Origin: Lama guanicoe
Taxonomy: Eukaryota
Assembly (NCBI GenBank): GCA_013239625.1
Contig: MU053088.1
Span: 1 to 49,338, forward strand
DNA: 49,338 bases
Direction of reading: 5' to 3'
Of the stretch, positions 25,529 through 38,814 are shown piece after piece (within the stretch, counting starts at the first letter, position 1; each line of letters starts with the position of its first letter). The position numbers and the translations under genes are program-made. The notes beneath the pieces are model-generated. The model made no database searches and was not told the origin of the DNA. It saw only the letters and a program-made list of their open reading frames with translations.

Positions 25529-26195
25529 TGTTACTTGGGTTTGCCTGTTGGTGGGTATTGAGCCAAAAGATACAATCAAGCCAATGATTGGGAGAAAGAA
25601 GGATTTATTACTTGGAGCAAGTAAGGAGAACACCAGGGATCTTTCCCAAAGCAGTGTATCCCTGAACAGCAAAATTGGGGGAGCTTTCAGCTAAGGGTAC
25701 ATGAATATTAATGAAGGGATTTGGGTGGGATGTGCACATTCATGAAAGGGCTTGAGCAGAGAAGAATTAGCACAGCACTGGGGCAAAGGTTGACAGTCCA
25801 GGCTTTGGTTGATTGAAGTCATGAGGGTCATAAAAGGTCAACATCATCATTCCTTAGGTTCCATCTGTTCTGGTAGTTGAGGCTAGAGGGGGCTTGGAAT
25901 TCAGCAGAATAGCTCAAGAAAGTGCTCCAGGCTAACCTTTACCATTAAGATAGAACTGGGCATATTAACAGCTGATTTATTATCTTTGCTGTTTTTACTT
26001 CTCTTGCCTGTTAACAGTTGTTTGTTCCTGCATTATTTTGTCTCCTTAAGATCATGAATTACTGTGACCTATTCAAGAGCAAGCATTATGGCCAGGCTTA
26101 GATCACAAAATGGTTTAGGGCAAAAATGGCTTCTCTTATGTCAGGAAAGCCATACATTGTCTTTCTCTGAGGACCCCTTACCCTATCTATTTACA
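25529..26195 (-). mobile_element. Complete solo LTR (667 bp), ERV1-like
   Basis: TG...CA termini, 4-bp TSD GTAT (25525-25528 and 26196-26199), antisense AATAAA near 25605. Confidence 0.85.
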
Positions 26196-26365
26196 GTATG
26201 TCTGTGAACCTCTCCCCTGTATGGAGACTGGATTGCACCAATTGCTCCAAACTCTCTTTTGAAATGATACGTTTATTTGTGTTATTTAGATCTACAGTGC
26301 TTCCTCCTACCTCTTTTAATCTATAAATTATAATTGTCAAATGATTAATTTAAATATGACCTATT

Positions 26366-27260
26366 ATGATATTGTGATTTATAATAAGAACTCTATGTTT
26401 GGTTTTTGTCCCTGTTCCTGGCATGCAGCTCCTAAAATCCTAGTAATTTTTTGAGTGATAAGAGCAATAGGAATATCTTTAATTACAATATTTGTTCTTT
26501 TGTCCTCAGTTCCTGAAATATTGCCAAAGCCAAAAAAGAGAAAGGGGTGTCTTTTGCTATTCATAACAAGCCACTTTCACCCACACCTGAGTTTATGTTA
26601 ATGAGATGAGTTTTGGTAAGCTTCTAGATAATCACAGGATGTGGGCTGGTTACCCGGGGGAACCAAGTATATGACTAGAGGGTTGAAACTTTTGATACTA
26701 TCCTTGACCCCTGGGGAGGGGCAAAGTGCTGGAGGCTGAATTAATCACCACTGGCCAATGATTTAATCAATCATGCCTCCCTAAAAATCCCTAAAATGCA
26801 AGGTTTGAAAAGCATCTTGCTAGTTAAACACATGGAAGAGCTCAGTTGGTGGTGAGCCCAGAAAGGACACAGATGCTTGCCTTGCACATTCCCCATACCT
26901 GGCCCCATGGGTCTCTTTTATTTAGCCATTAATAAATTGAAGCTCTAGCGAATAACTTGTTCTCTTGAGTTCTGTGAACTGTTCTAGCAAACTACTGAGC
27001 CTGGGGTGGGAACTTGTGACTTACACGTGAATTGTTAGAAGACGAAGTAACAACCCGGACTTGCAACTTGCATCAGAGTTGGGTAGGAACAGTTTTGTGG
27101 GAATGAGCCTTTAACTTCTGAGATCTGATGCTAGCTCCAAGTAGATATTGTTAGAATTGTGTTAAGTTATAGGACACCCAGTTGGTGTCCATAGAGGACT
27201 GTGGAATTGCTTGATGTGGAAAAAATATGCATCTGGTGTCAAAAAGTATTCTGTGAGTAA
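26366..27260 (+). mobile_element. MER21-like LTR
   Basis: TGATATTGTGATTTATAATAAG...CAGCTCCTAAAA...TTGAGTTCTGTGA...ATAGGACACCCAGTTGGTGTCC match recalled MER21 motifs. Confidence 0.75.
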
Positions 27261-28269
27261 TTAGGAGAAAAACAACTATTTTCCTTTAATTTGGTAAGCA
27301 GACATGAAGTATGAGTGTACAGTTGTGAGTAGAGGAAATAGAAACATATTTTTTTCCTTTCATCTGGATACTTTGTAGATCTCTGCAATTTAATATGCTG
27401 AATATCTAGTTCATTCCTGTCAGTGTTTTACAACCCAGTGGCTGCAGATGCTCGCACTATTCTTCTTGACCTTGAATAGTGATTCTACCAATTACTAACT
27501 GTGAACTTGGGCAAGTCAGTTTACATTCCTGTGCATCGATTTCCTTATATGCAAAATGAGTGTGTCAGTCAGAGGCCAATCAGATGATGGGAGCCACATA
27601 GTAATTGGAAAAATAAATCTTTACTATAAAGAATTATGAACTATAACAGGGGGATTACCTATAAAGGGTAAAGAGAGCTCTAAAAAAATACTCTAGGGCT
27701 GAGGAAAGTACCTGAGAAATGAATAAACCTGGAACCTCCCTTCCCCCAGGTTGTGATTCAGATCTCATTAGAGAAGATAAGGTTATGGGTAAATAGATTG
27801 TGGAAAATTTCTCTGGGTGGTTCCAGGCCAGAGTTGATCCACCTTCTGTGGGCAGAGGCTGGTGGATGGAGAAGTACTGCTAAATCCTGTAAACAGGAAG
27901 TAACTCTCTAGTGTGCTGGCAGCTTGAGATGGGGAAATCTGCCCTGGAAGATATCTTAGAGTCTCACTGGGAGTGGTCTCACGGAGGTGCAGCTGAAATT
28001 CAGTGTAGGAGAGCATCCCTGAATGTTCACACAAACCACTGGTAGGCATGCAATCAAAGCAAGAAGAAAAAGAAAGCAAAATAAAATGTAAAAGAGAACA
28101 ACAGGACCTGGAAGAGAAGCCCTGTCTTCCTACGGTGTCCCTCCAGCACTGTCTGTTGTCAGAGCTTAAAATGGTGCCAGCTGCAAAGAAGAACTTTTTA
28201 AAGTGCCCACTCCCAGAACATACAAGGAAGGTTGAATGTGGAGAGAAAGAGCAAGAAGTTGATAATTGA

Positions 28270-28692
28270 TGCATTAGTTTCCAAGGGATTTCACAACAAA
28301 CTATCATTAACTGGGTGGCTTGAAATGGCCAGAAGTGTTCTCTTATAGTTCTGGGGCCAGAAGTCTGCAGTCAGTATGTTGGCAGGGCTGTACCTCTGGA
28401 ATCTCTGGCGGGGAATCCTTCCTTGACTCTGCCAGCTTCTAATGGCTGTCAGCATTCTTGTGACTGCATCACTCCAGTCTCTGCCTCTGTCTTCTCATGG
28501 CTTTGTCTGCAGCTAGCCCTCACATGGACACACTTAGGGATAACTTGTGTAATCCAGGATGATTTCATGTCAAAATGTTTAACTTCTCTGTATCTGAAAA
28601 GATCCAGTTACAAATAAAATCATGTTGGTTTGCAGGTTCCTGGGGTTAGAACATTGACCTGTCTGTTTGGGGGCCACCATTTAGCCTTCTTA
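28270..28692 (-). mobile_element. MLT1 (MaLR) LTR
   Basis: TGCATTAGTTTCC...TAGTTCTGGGGCCAGAAGTC...GCATCACTCCAGTCTCTGCCTC...TAATCCAGGATGAT. Confidence 0.8.
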
Positions 28693-28749
28693 TTTGGGGA
28701 TTATAACAACAGTGTTTAACTTACCACCTTCTTAATAATAATAAATGAA

Positions 28750-28811
28750 TTAATCAGATAAAATACTTAGAACAATGTCTTTAATCAGATAAAATACTTA
28801 GAACAATGTCT
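28750..28811. repeat. Perfect 31-bp tandem duplication
   Basis: TTAATCAGATAAAATACTTAGAACAATGTCT x2. Confidence 0.95.
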
Positions 28812-30999
28812 TCTTCATAATGAGTTCCCAAAAAGTATTTGTTGTTGCTGTTTTCAACATCATTGTCATCATCATCACATCATGATGGTCACTGTTCTAG
28901 CCAAGTGTCATCTCCAGTCACTACTCTTCCATTTGATAGAAACAATAATTATGGAATAATCAGAAATTGTACCCTCACCCTGTATTTGTCAGATAAGTGA
29001 CCTTGAACTTAATTTCCAAAATGGAGATTTTTTTAAATTTAACTTTTATACAGGTAGCCTTATGCTAATTGACAATAAACCTCTAGAAGTGACATAACTT
29101 ATTTACTGTCACTTAATCAGTGGTGATGACACCATTTAGTTTAGTCTTTGTGGTATAGTGTTTAATTACTATTACCACTTCTGGTACTAACTTCTACTTC
29201 TATTATTACTGTTGTCTTCATTAATGATATTGCCGGCTTCCTTTAAAAAACACATGTTAGGGACTTCTCTGTCTCCCTCATTTCCCTTATTCTCTCTTTT
29301 TAATTAATTAACAATTCTTGGAAGTCTGTTAGAAGGAAACACAATTTCCTGAATGGCTTTCTCTCCTAATTACCTTTGTAATCGCCATTTCCTATTATTT
29401 TGTACCCTTGTAATACAATACCCTCTTGACTGGTCTCCCTAACTTTTGTGTCACCCTTCCCCAGTCTTTATTCCACATAGAAAAAAAAAAGTTTGTGAAA
29501 CATAGATCTATTGTCACTCTACTGCTTTTAAGTTCTTCCGTGATTTTTAAGGTTCTCCAGTATTTGGAGCCAAATTATTTTTTAGCCTTATCTTCTGACT
29601 ACATAAACTAGATAAATTATTCACAGAAAGAACTGTTCTCCTTTCATATTACTTAGAATTTAAATCTAGCTCAAACATCACCTCTTCTGTAAAATCTTAC
29701 TCCAGATCTCAAAAGGTAAAAGAACTCTAATCTTCTCTGCTCAGACCAAGTATGACCTTTGATTTCACTACAGAGAGCACGTGATTAATGAAACCATAGA
29801 ACTAGAACCTAGATCCCCTCTCCTGGAGAGTGTTTGGATACCCCTCTTCACTTTTCTGGAATTAGCAACATAAAATGTTATACATTGTCGAATTACAGAG
29901 ACCAAACAAAAAAATTTTTTTAAGTTAAGGGTTCACATTTTATAAATACTTATAAGATTTGTAATATGTTGCTCCATTGTTTCTTTACCCAGGACTTCTT
30001 TTCCCAAATAATGAATATGAAATTATTCTGATTTTCTCTATATTTACCAGAAATAAAGTGAAATTCCATTACTCAAATTTGCTTTACAGTGCATTTTTGT
30101 AGTGATTAATGCCCATCATTTTTTTTTCCAACTAGCCTGCTATGAAGTTAGTATGTAATGTATTTGCTCAAAAACTTATTGGGCTACCACTGTGTGTCAT
30201 GCAACATAATGATAACTGGATACATTCATATATTATTATATAAGTTTATGATTTGCCAGACCTAAAGTGCAAAGATAAGTAGCACTCAGTAATCTGTATA
30301 TCCTAAGATTTAAATCTCACAAAATTTTGTTCTTTAGCTTCAGCTTTGCTTAGAGCTTGCTTTCCAGCTTAATTATCTAACAGAATTCTTGTATGATTCT
30401 GATTTGTATTATTTATTTACTTTGAGCTTCCTTCTCTTTCATTCCACCACCTTAGTTTGTGTTTGATTCTTTTTTTCTTAATACAATTCTGATCCAGCTA
30501 ATATGCATTAGTTTCTTGCTCTGTGCCAGGAAGTGCATGGTGCTTTCTCATGCAACATCTTATTTAATCTACACAACAAATCAATCACAGAACATATTAT
30601 TTTATTATTAAGACATGTTAGCAGAAAAATTAATGACTTTCAAAGTCAGATAGTGATTAAAATTACAGAGATAACGTAAGTACAAAGCAATATGATTTGC
30701 TCCACCCTATTATGTGCCCCACTGCCCTCTCCCTTAAATTTTCTACAGATATTTCAGAGTATGATTTTCTCCAATATGTCAAGTAGAATATTTTATCTGA
30801 GCCAACAGCAGGGCTCATATACAGTAATTAGATTTATATTTCTTCTCCAACACACCCTTTAACCTTTAGAGTTTGAATGTTGCTAACAGATTTGGCTATG
30901 TGTTTTTCACATTTGCATACAAGAATTTACCTAGAGGTATGGGGGAGGAAAACACTAAATAAAGGCGGTAGGATCTGGGCCTCCTTTCTTTGAGGATTA

Positions 31000-31410
31000 A
31001 TTTTTAATTAACATTGTTATTGAGATAATTATAAATTCACATATAGCTTCACTAAATAATACAGAGAACGTGTGTCCACTTTACCCAGGTTCCTCCAACG
31101 GTAACATTTTGCAAAAACTACAACATACTACAGCTACCAGGTTATTGACATTGATACAACACACTAATCTTTTTAGAGTTCCCTGGTTTAACTTATACAC
31201 ACTTGTGCATGTGTGTGTGTTTGTGTATTTAGTTCTGTGCAGTTCCATGTATAGAACAGGTTTGCTGTCCACCATCACAGTTAAGACACTGAAAATCTTC
31301 ATCATCACAAGTATCCCTTGTATGGCCCTTTCATAAAACCACACCTCCCTTCCACCGCCTCTAACCCTGCTGTTTCTAACCGTTGGTAACCACTGAACTG
31401 TTCTCCATAA
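31000..31410 (-). mobile_element. Old LINE-1 3'UTR fragment
   Basis: TTGAGATAATTATAAATTCACA...ACCCAGGTTCCTCCAACGGTAACATTTTGCAAAA motif. Confidence 0.75.
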
Positions 31411-32975
31411 ACGTCTTGGCTTAATATATTGAGAGAATTAATGGGCTAATTGCTGTGGTACACTCAAGTGGAGCATCAGTTCAAGGTCCCCATGGTGGCT
31501 GATGCCAGAAAAATTTTGGACCTTGTTATCCTGGTGGCAGCTTGCACCACAGAGGACTAGCAGTAAGAATGAATCTAAAGCCTGGTAAATGTTGGAGTCT
31601 ACACATATATAACAGTGTTGATTTTGAGCACATTAGCCCCTGAGGAAAGCACCATTTTTCCTTGTATCACAGGAAATTCATTCATTCAACACATATTTAT
31701 TATGCTACTAATAAAAGGAGATGGTTCCACCAGAGATAGGCCAGAGGTAGTCATGGCTTTTGGAAAAATGTTTTTATTCAAGTGAATTATTTAGCCTTCA
31801 GCAAAGAGTGACCCAATGCCTCCAACTTCCGTGATAGAGTGCCAGAAGCATCAAGAATGAGGGACTTTGTCAGAGCCTCGAATGCTCTGGACAGACCAGG
31901 TGTTTGGCGAAGGGCACCCTGATAGGGTAGACACTATGTAAGAACGTACCCTTCAAGTTTCAGGCACCTTGGGACCACTAGCTTCTTCAAATAATCTGTC
32001 TTCTTCTTTTAAAGGGGTGTAGTACAGAGGACATGTCTTCTCTTCTCTCTGTGATGGTGGCATGCATTCTGTTCCCACGTGCACTAGCAGTATTCATTGT
32101 CCTCCGTCATTTCATCCTTTTTGGCCATGTTGATTATAACAGCAGTAGCAAAAGTAGGAACAGAAACAGTGGCAAGAAATGTTATGTCATGAAACTTTCA
32201 GGACAGCTGTCACCAAGCTCGGCAGTATTTCAGCTCCAAAGGTATATCTGCGTTCCTGCTCTGTCAAACACTGAGTGAAACCAGGGCTGGTAACTGGATA
32301 TCAGCAAACACACTTTTAGATGTAGGGAAATGTCAAGGGAGGAAGTTCTGAGAAAAGTCTTCTTGCTAATTTGGATGGGAGTTCAGAATCTTAATGTAAG
32401 GGTGGCCTCATTTATGCCCCAGAATGGTGGTAGTTCAGCATACCAGAAACATAGTTCAGTAAAGAATTTAGGCTAACAGAGGGCTGCATTAGCATATGTT
32501 CATATGTAACAGTGGCTTTGATTTGCCTGTGTGGACTGATTTTGTTTTGTTCTGTTTTCTGATTAGTTGACTTAGAAGTTATTTCAAATTTAAAATGCGT
32601 TTGTACTCTATCACTGTGCTCATTCTATAAACCTGTCATTAGTCAATGTTACGTTAAACAGATAATCTTAGATGTAATAACAGAATGGGTATATTTAGGG
32701 GTGCGCAAAATAAGAAGGCCAGCCTTGTGCCAGGATTGATTTTTTTTTTTTTTTGGTGAAGAACTGTAAGCTCATTGTACTATACAGCAGACACCATATA
32801 GTATGAAAGCATGAAAAAATACTCCTAAAGGGGTCAACTAGATTAGAACCTAACCCTCTGAAAAACCTTCAATTCCCCAAAGAATTTTTATTTAGCTTGA
32901 TTTCAGTGAGATAGAAGAATTATTTAAAAGACAGAAGCTAAAAACCTTAATCATAAAAAGAGAGAGTAAAATGAC

Positions 32976-33845
32976 AAAATACTCAATATCACTAATTATC
33001 AGGGAAATGTAAATCAAAACTACAATGAGGTATCAGCTCAAACCAGTCAGAACGTCCATTGTGAAAAAGTCCACAAATGATAAACGCCAGAGAGGCTGTG
33101 GAGAAAAGGGAACCCTTCTACATTGTTGGTGGGAATGTAGTTCGGTGCAGTCATTATGGAAAACAGTATGGAGATTCCTTTAAAAACTAAAAATAGACTT
33201 ACCATATGATCCAGCAATCCCACTCCTGGACATATATACAGAGGGAACCTTAACTCAAAAAGACACATATACCTCAATGTTCATAGCAGCATTATTTACA
33301 ATAGCCAAGACATGGAAACAACCTGAATGTCCATTGACAGATGACTAGATAAAGAAGTCGTGGTATATTTATACAATGGAATACTACTCAGCCATAAAAA
33401 GAATAAAATAATGCCATTTCAGCAACATGGATGGACCTGGAGAATGTCATTCGAAGTGAAGTAAGCCAGAAAGAAAAAGAAAAATACCTTATGATATTAC
33501 TTATATTACTTTAAAAAAAAGACAGACAAACTTATTTACAAAACAGAAACTGACTCACAGACATAGAAAACAAACTTATGGTTACCAGGGGAGGAAGGGG
33601 GTAAGAAGGGATAAATTGGGAGTTTGAGATTTGCAGATATTAGCTAATATATATAAAATAGGTGAACAACAAATTTATACTGTGTAGCACAGGGAACCAT
33701 ATTCAATATCTTGCAATAACTTGGTGAAAAATATGAAAATGAATATATATATGTTCTTATATGACTGAAGTATTATACTGAACACCAGAAATTGACACAA
33801 TATTGTAAACTGATTGTACTTCAATAAAAATGTATTTTAAAAAAT
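32976..33845 (+). mobile_element. 5'-truncated LINE-1, same family as 1054-2020, opposite orientation
   Basis: Reverse-complement similarity to 1054-2020 along its length; AATAAA and an A-rich tail near 33823-33845. Confidence 0.92.
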
Positions 33846-34439
33846 CAGTTGCTTCTGCATTTGGTTACTGTAAGTCATCTCCCCAAAGTCTGATTTCCCC
33901 TGGATGTACCAGAAATTAAAACCTCAGACATCCAAAACTGAACTGGAACCAGATGACAATCCCAAGGTCCTCCTGCCTGCGTGGCTTGTTGGTAAGCCAA
34001 CTGATCTCTTCCAAGAGGCAACTGACTTCACAGCCATATGTTCCATTCTCACTGCAAAGCTCACTGCCCCAAGTATGGGCATGCTCAGACTTATCCTGTG
34101 TTTGATTATTAGAGGGGCATAAATCAGTACCTTTCCCCCTAATTTTTCATAGATTTAACGATAAATAGATTGGACCCCTAGTACACTGTTAGGATGGCAG
34201 AGTATTAAGGTGAAATAAGAATTTCCAGAGTTTCAAACAATTTATAGTGTAGAGGTAATTGAACAAGTGAGTAATAGTACAAGACAATACTATTGTATGC
34301 AAAACAACCTTGAAGAACTGTGGCAATGTTTTCAGAATCCAATTCTGTTTAAAAATTCTTTCCTCCCCCCAGCACATATTCTTATGCCCCTTTGCTGGCT
34401 TCCTACTGTTTAGAAACAAAGGCAAAAATATTTAGCATG

Positions 34440-34941
34440 TCTGTTTCTCCAGCTTCATCTTGTCCTGTGCTCTCTGCTAAGCAGTACCTTGGCCTTATTT
34501 TGCCTCCTATATAATGCCATGCTCCCTCCTGCTGTAAGGACTTTGGATATGCCACTCCCTCTGCCTGAAACCCATCCACCCACCATCTCATCTGTATTGC
34601 CCAGTCAGCTCTTAAAAAATCTCTTGGTTTCAGTTATAATTTATCTCATCAGACAAAATCTGCTTGTTATATTGCAAATGAGATCCACTTAATAAGTGCT
34701 GTCATGTATCATTTCACTCTTATTCCCAATGCATATGTTGTGCTGTTTCACAGTTCTACTTACACACATTTATATGTGATTATTTGACTGCAGTCTGAAC
34801 CCAAATACTCCAGATTGTAAACTCAAAGAGGGTTGAAATCGTATTTTTTTTCCTTAGCGTTGGATGCCTACCAACCCTGCATACAGCCACCTACCACCTG
34901 ACACATGAAAGCTGTGCAGTAAGTATTTGTTGAATGAATGA
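34440..34941 (+). mobile_element. L2 3' end
   Basis: Ends AGTATTTGTTGAATGAATGA, the L2 terminal signature. Confidence 0.65.
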
Positions 34942-35389
34942 GAAATTGTTTCAGATTGTGGACAAAGTACAACCCAAAATACAGAGGTGAGAACAGCTGT
35001 CCAAGCTCAAGGACATGGGAAATTCTGCTTTAATGCAGAGAGTTAGTACTGAGCTGCAGTATATGAGGAGTTAATGCCTTAGGAAAGGACTAAACCTCAC
35101 TAAAAATACCCCTTGCTACTGACCAGACTCTTGACAAGAGTGGTTTGTTGTTTATCAAATTGTAGAGAACTGTGACAAAAGTCTAATCCCTTAGAGAAAC
35201 AATCAGTAACGTTTTAAATATATGTGTTAAATGATTGTATAAAATATGGTCAAATCAGGTACCAATTCAAACCAAAAGCCTTGACAGAAGTAAACAAAGC
35301 AACTTCCCTGAGCATGCAATGACATTGCTTTCTTTTCAGGAAGAACTGTGGTCTTAGAACAAGTAAGAACATGTGGATAAAATTTCCTT

Positions 35390-36327
35390 TTTTAAGAAAT
35401 TATAATATGCAATTTATATACAGTGAGATGCACATATCTTTAGTAGATAATACTAAGTCTTTCAACGAGTTCGCATAAATCTAACCCACATTGTTTTCAA
35501 GATAATAGAATTTCCCACTTCATCCCAGAAAATTCCTTCTTGTCCTTTTCCACTTGTCTCCCTTTCCTACAGGAAAATACTGTTCTGAAACCCAAACCCA
35601 TGAAATAGTTTTGTCTGTCCGAATCTTTATATGAATAAAATTTTATACAGTAAGCATGATATCATATCTGGGTTCTTTAGCTCAGCTTAATTTGGAGATC
35701 CCCCCATGTGGTTGCGTACAGCAGTGGTTCATTCCTTCATGTCACTGCACAGTACTCCATTGTCTGAATACACCGGTTTGTTTACTCATTTTCTTTTTGA
35801 CATACATTTGGAATGTTTCCATTGGGGCTTATGAATAAATAATATGAATTATAAATATTAACTTCATATCAACTTATGAATTTGCTGTGAACATTCTCAT
35901 ACAAGTATTTGTGGACACATGTTAATCTCAGGTGTATACCTAGGGAATTGATGGTACCTAGGTAGGAATTTTATTAACTTTATAAGAACCTCACAGCTGT
36001 TTTCCAAAGCTTGCAGCATTTTACCCTCCCGCTAGCATCCTGTGAGTGTTCTGGGTGTTCTCGCCATCACTTGGTGGTGTCATTGTTTTCAATTTGAGTC
36101 ATCTTAGTGTGCGTGTAGTAGTAGCCATTTTGGTTTTAATTTTAATTTCCCTGATGATGTTATATGCACTTTTCAAGTCTTACTGGTCATTCGTATACTT
36201 TCCTTTTGCCATTTTTTTCGAATTAGATTGTCTCATTAAAAGTGGTTTGTAGGACTTCTTTATATATTTTGGAAACAAGTTCTATATTTTGCAAAGATTT
36301 TCTCCTGGTCTGTCACTTGCTTACTAA
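35390..36327 (-). mobile_element. Old L1M fragment truncated at an LTR junction
   Basis: Antisense L1 motifs (GCTGTGAACATTCTCATACAAGT, TTTCCCTGATGA). Confidence 0.75.
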
Positions 36328-36465
36328 TGCAGCTGCAGGCCAAGATAATGGCCAACTTAATGTCCTGGAGAACCATCTTCCCCAAATTAGACTTCAAGCT
36401 CCTTTTCGACTAAAAAGGGGAGGAGGTGTGGTTGGTTGGTGCAAACTTCTTCATGTAGGATTTCT
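36328..36465 (-). mobile_element. ERV LTR fragment (same family as 47951-48329)
   Basis: Shares TTCCCCAA...AAAAGG...GTGTGGTTGGTTGGTGCAAACTT...GTAGGATTTCT with 47951-48031. Confidence 0.75.
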
Positions 36466-38584
36466 GCTTTCAGGGTGCGGGGGCAGCGGCAGCATTAGCG
36501 CCAGCAGCAGGGAGAGGGGTGTGCTCCTGGGAGCCTGTGGATATGCTGCCATCTCCCCCGTCCCTGTCCTGGGGACGGACTCTGCTGCCCCATGTTCGGG
36601 GGACGCAGCTTACAGGTCAGTCAGCTCCTGGGAGGCGGGCGCGGTGCGGTAGTGTGTGGGGGTGGCGGCAGTGACAGCGAGAAATGGAAGCAAATCCCCT
36701 CGGTAGCACGGGGCAGCCCCAATCCCGCCGCCGCCGCCCCCATCCCGTCAGCACAGCGGCCGCCTTCCTGGAGCAGGCTGATCTGTATGTAACACGACTC
36801 CCGCGAACCTGGGACAGCGGAAGTCGAGGCCCGGATAGGCTGCGGGGAGTCTGAAGCTAATCCGCAGGCTCCTATAGGGCAGGAGCCCCAGCCCGAGGGT
36901 CCGCGATTCTGGCGGGAGGAGGAGGGACGCGGACGCACAGACGCGCGGACGCGGGAGCCCACCCGGAGCGTAGGGAAGCTGGGCGGGAGCTGGGTGCTCT
37001 TTGCACCAGCTCCCGAGGAAGAAGGCATCTTGGGGACTGGGCCGCTGCTAGCCGACGGGTCCGCTGACGCCGCCGGGCAGGTAAGGGGGCGCTGGTGGGG
37101 GCGCGCAGGACGTTCAGCCGGCGAGTGATGTCTGGGCTGCGCAGCTGGGGAGGCGCACAGGTAGGAGCGTGTGGTTGGTTGGTGCAAACTTCTTGATGTA
37201 GGATTTCTGCTTTCAGGGTGCGGGGGCAGCGGCAGCATTAGCGGCAGCAGCAGCGGGGAGAGGGGTGTGCTCCTGGGAGCCTGTGGATATGCTGCCATCT
37301 CCCCCGTGCCCTGTCCTGGGGACGGACTCTGCTGCCCCATGTTCGGGGGACGCAGCTTACAGGTCAGTCAGCTCCTGGGAGGCGGGCGCGGTGCGGTAGT
37401 GTGTGGGGGTGGCGGCAGTGACAGCGAGAAATGGAAGCAAATCCCCTCGGTAGCACACCCACCCCCGTTAGTAGTCTTTGTACCCCGATTCTGCGCTGCC
37501 ATGTCTATTCGGGCTGGAAAGCAGGGCACCCTTGGCAGGTGGGAAGGCGCTGGACGGTCCCGGAACACCTCCTGCTGGCCCTCGGGTTCTGTCCTGCTCC
37601 CAGGAGGCGGGTGCGGTGCCGTGCGGTCGCGGGGACGAGGCGTCGTCGCGGTGGTACGGTCTGCCCCATGGTGGCCCTGAATTTGCTGGGTATTCCCCCG
37701 CGGCTTGGGGTGGATTTTGTTTCCGCATGCCCGCGTGGTGCACCTCTCTCTGTGAGCCTGTTCCTGGGAGGTGGCCGCGGTGCTGTCATGGTGCGCTGGC
37801 GGGATTTGCAGCTGCAGCCTTAGCTGCAGTAGTGTGGAGAGGGTTGTGCTCCTGGGAGCCTGTGGATTTGCTCCCGTCTCCCCCGCGCCCTGTCCTGGGG
37901 GCGGCCTTTCCTGCTCCAGGTGCCCAGGACGCATGATAGGAGTCAGTGTGCTTCTGGGAGGCGGGCGGGCTGCGCGCAGTGTACCGAGGCGGCGGCAGGG
38001 AGAGCGTGAAATGGAGGCATATCCTCCCGCTAGCACGGGGCAGCCCCAATCCCGCCGCCGCCTCCACCGCCGCCGCCGCCGCCGCCGCCTCCACCGCCGC
38101 CGCCGCCGCCGCCGCACACTACCCCAGTCGCCCACAGCACAGCGCCCGCCTTGTGGGCCAGGCTGTCCTGTAACCCGAGTCCCGCGGACCTTGTGCAGCA
38201 GAGACGGAGGCCCGGATAGGCTGCGGGGGAGTTCGAAGCAACTCCGCAGGCTCCTATGCAGCAGGAGCCCCAGGCCTAGGGTCCGCGCTTTTGGAAGTAG
38301 GAGGAGGGGCGCGCATGTGCGGACGCACAGACGCGGGAGCCCACCCAGAGCTAGTGGGAGCCGGACGGGAGCCCGGCGCTCCTGTTCCAGCTCCTTGGGA
38401 AGAAAGCGGCCTGGGGACCGTGCCGCCGCTTGCCGAAGCCCCCGGCGCCGTTGTCGTCGCTGTTCATGTAAGTGGGCGCTTGTGGAGGCGTGGAGGTCGA
38501 GAAGCCGGCGTGTGTGGCATGGGTTGTGCATTTGGGCGTGGGTGAGGCCCTGGTCGCGTTGCTTTTCAGTACCTTGAGGCGGGC
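36465..38584. repeat. GC/CpG-rich tandem array 1 (rearranged ~1.1-kb units)
   Basis: Direct self-similarity and similarity to 42554-47404; identical track ORFs recur at offset 7812. Confidence 0.95.
38054..38116. repeat. Interrupted GCC repeat: (GCC)3 TCCACC (GCC)7 TCCACC (GCC)6 GCA
   Basis: Counted directly. Confidence 0.95.
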
Positions 38585-38814
38585 AGTTCCTGTTTGTCAT
38601 TAAAAGACACTTGCTGAATCCCTGATACCCTTCAACATTGGACACAGAGGCTGATCACATTTTGGGGATAAGGGAGGCTGAAGTTTTATCAGTTTGCAAG
38701 TAATGGAGGAAGAAAGTAAATTTGTTTTAAAAAGGAAGTGAAATTATATATAAACTGATGAAAAGTTCAATCTAAATACAAAGTGTTATTAGATTTAATT
38801 GGGCTTCTTTTATG

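Larger units (their letters stand above)
27470..28830 (+). mobile_element. MIR split by two nested LTR elements
   Basis: MIR 5' part (CTGTGAACTTGGGCAAGTCA...AAAATGAG) ends ~27560 and resumes ~28695 (GGGGATTATAAC...ACTTAGAACAATG); an unassigned LTR-like block occupies ~27561-28268. Confidence 0.6.

Noticed and set aside
27783..28307. 174-aa minus-strand ORF
   Set aside because: Lies within LTR-like sequence nested in a MIR; no recognisable domain or splice context.
1054..33845. Inverted pair of same-family L1s as a functional RNA duplex
   Set aside because: They are ~31 kb apart and diverged; such pairs are routine in mammalian introns.
37368..38645. 425-aa minus-strand ORF and the many other 100-270-aa ORFs in the arrays
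   Set aside because: They overlap in all six frames, are low-complexity (R/P/A/G), and are not frame-conserved between units. This is expected from stop-poor GC-rich repeats.
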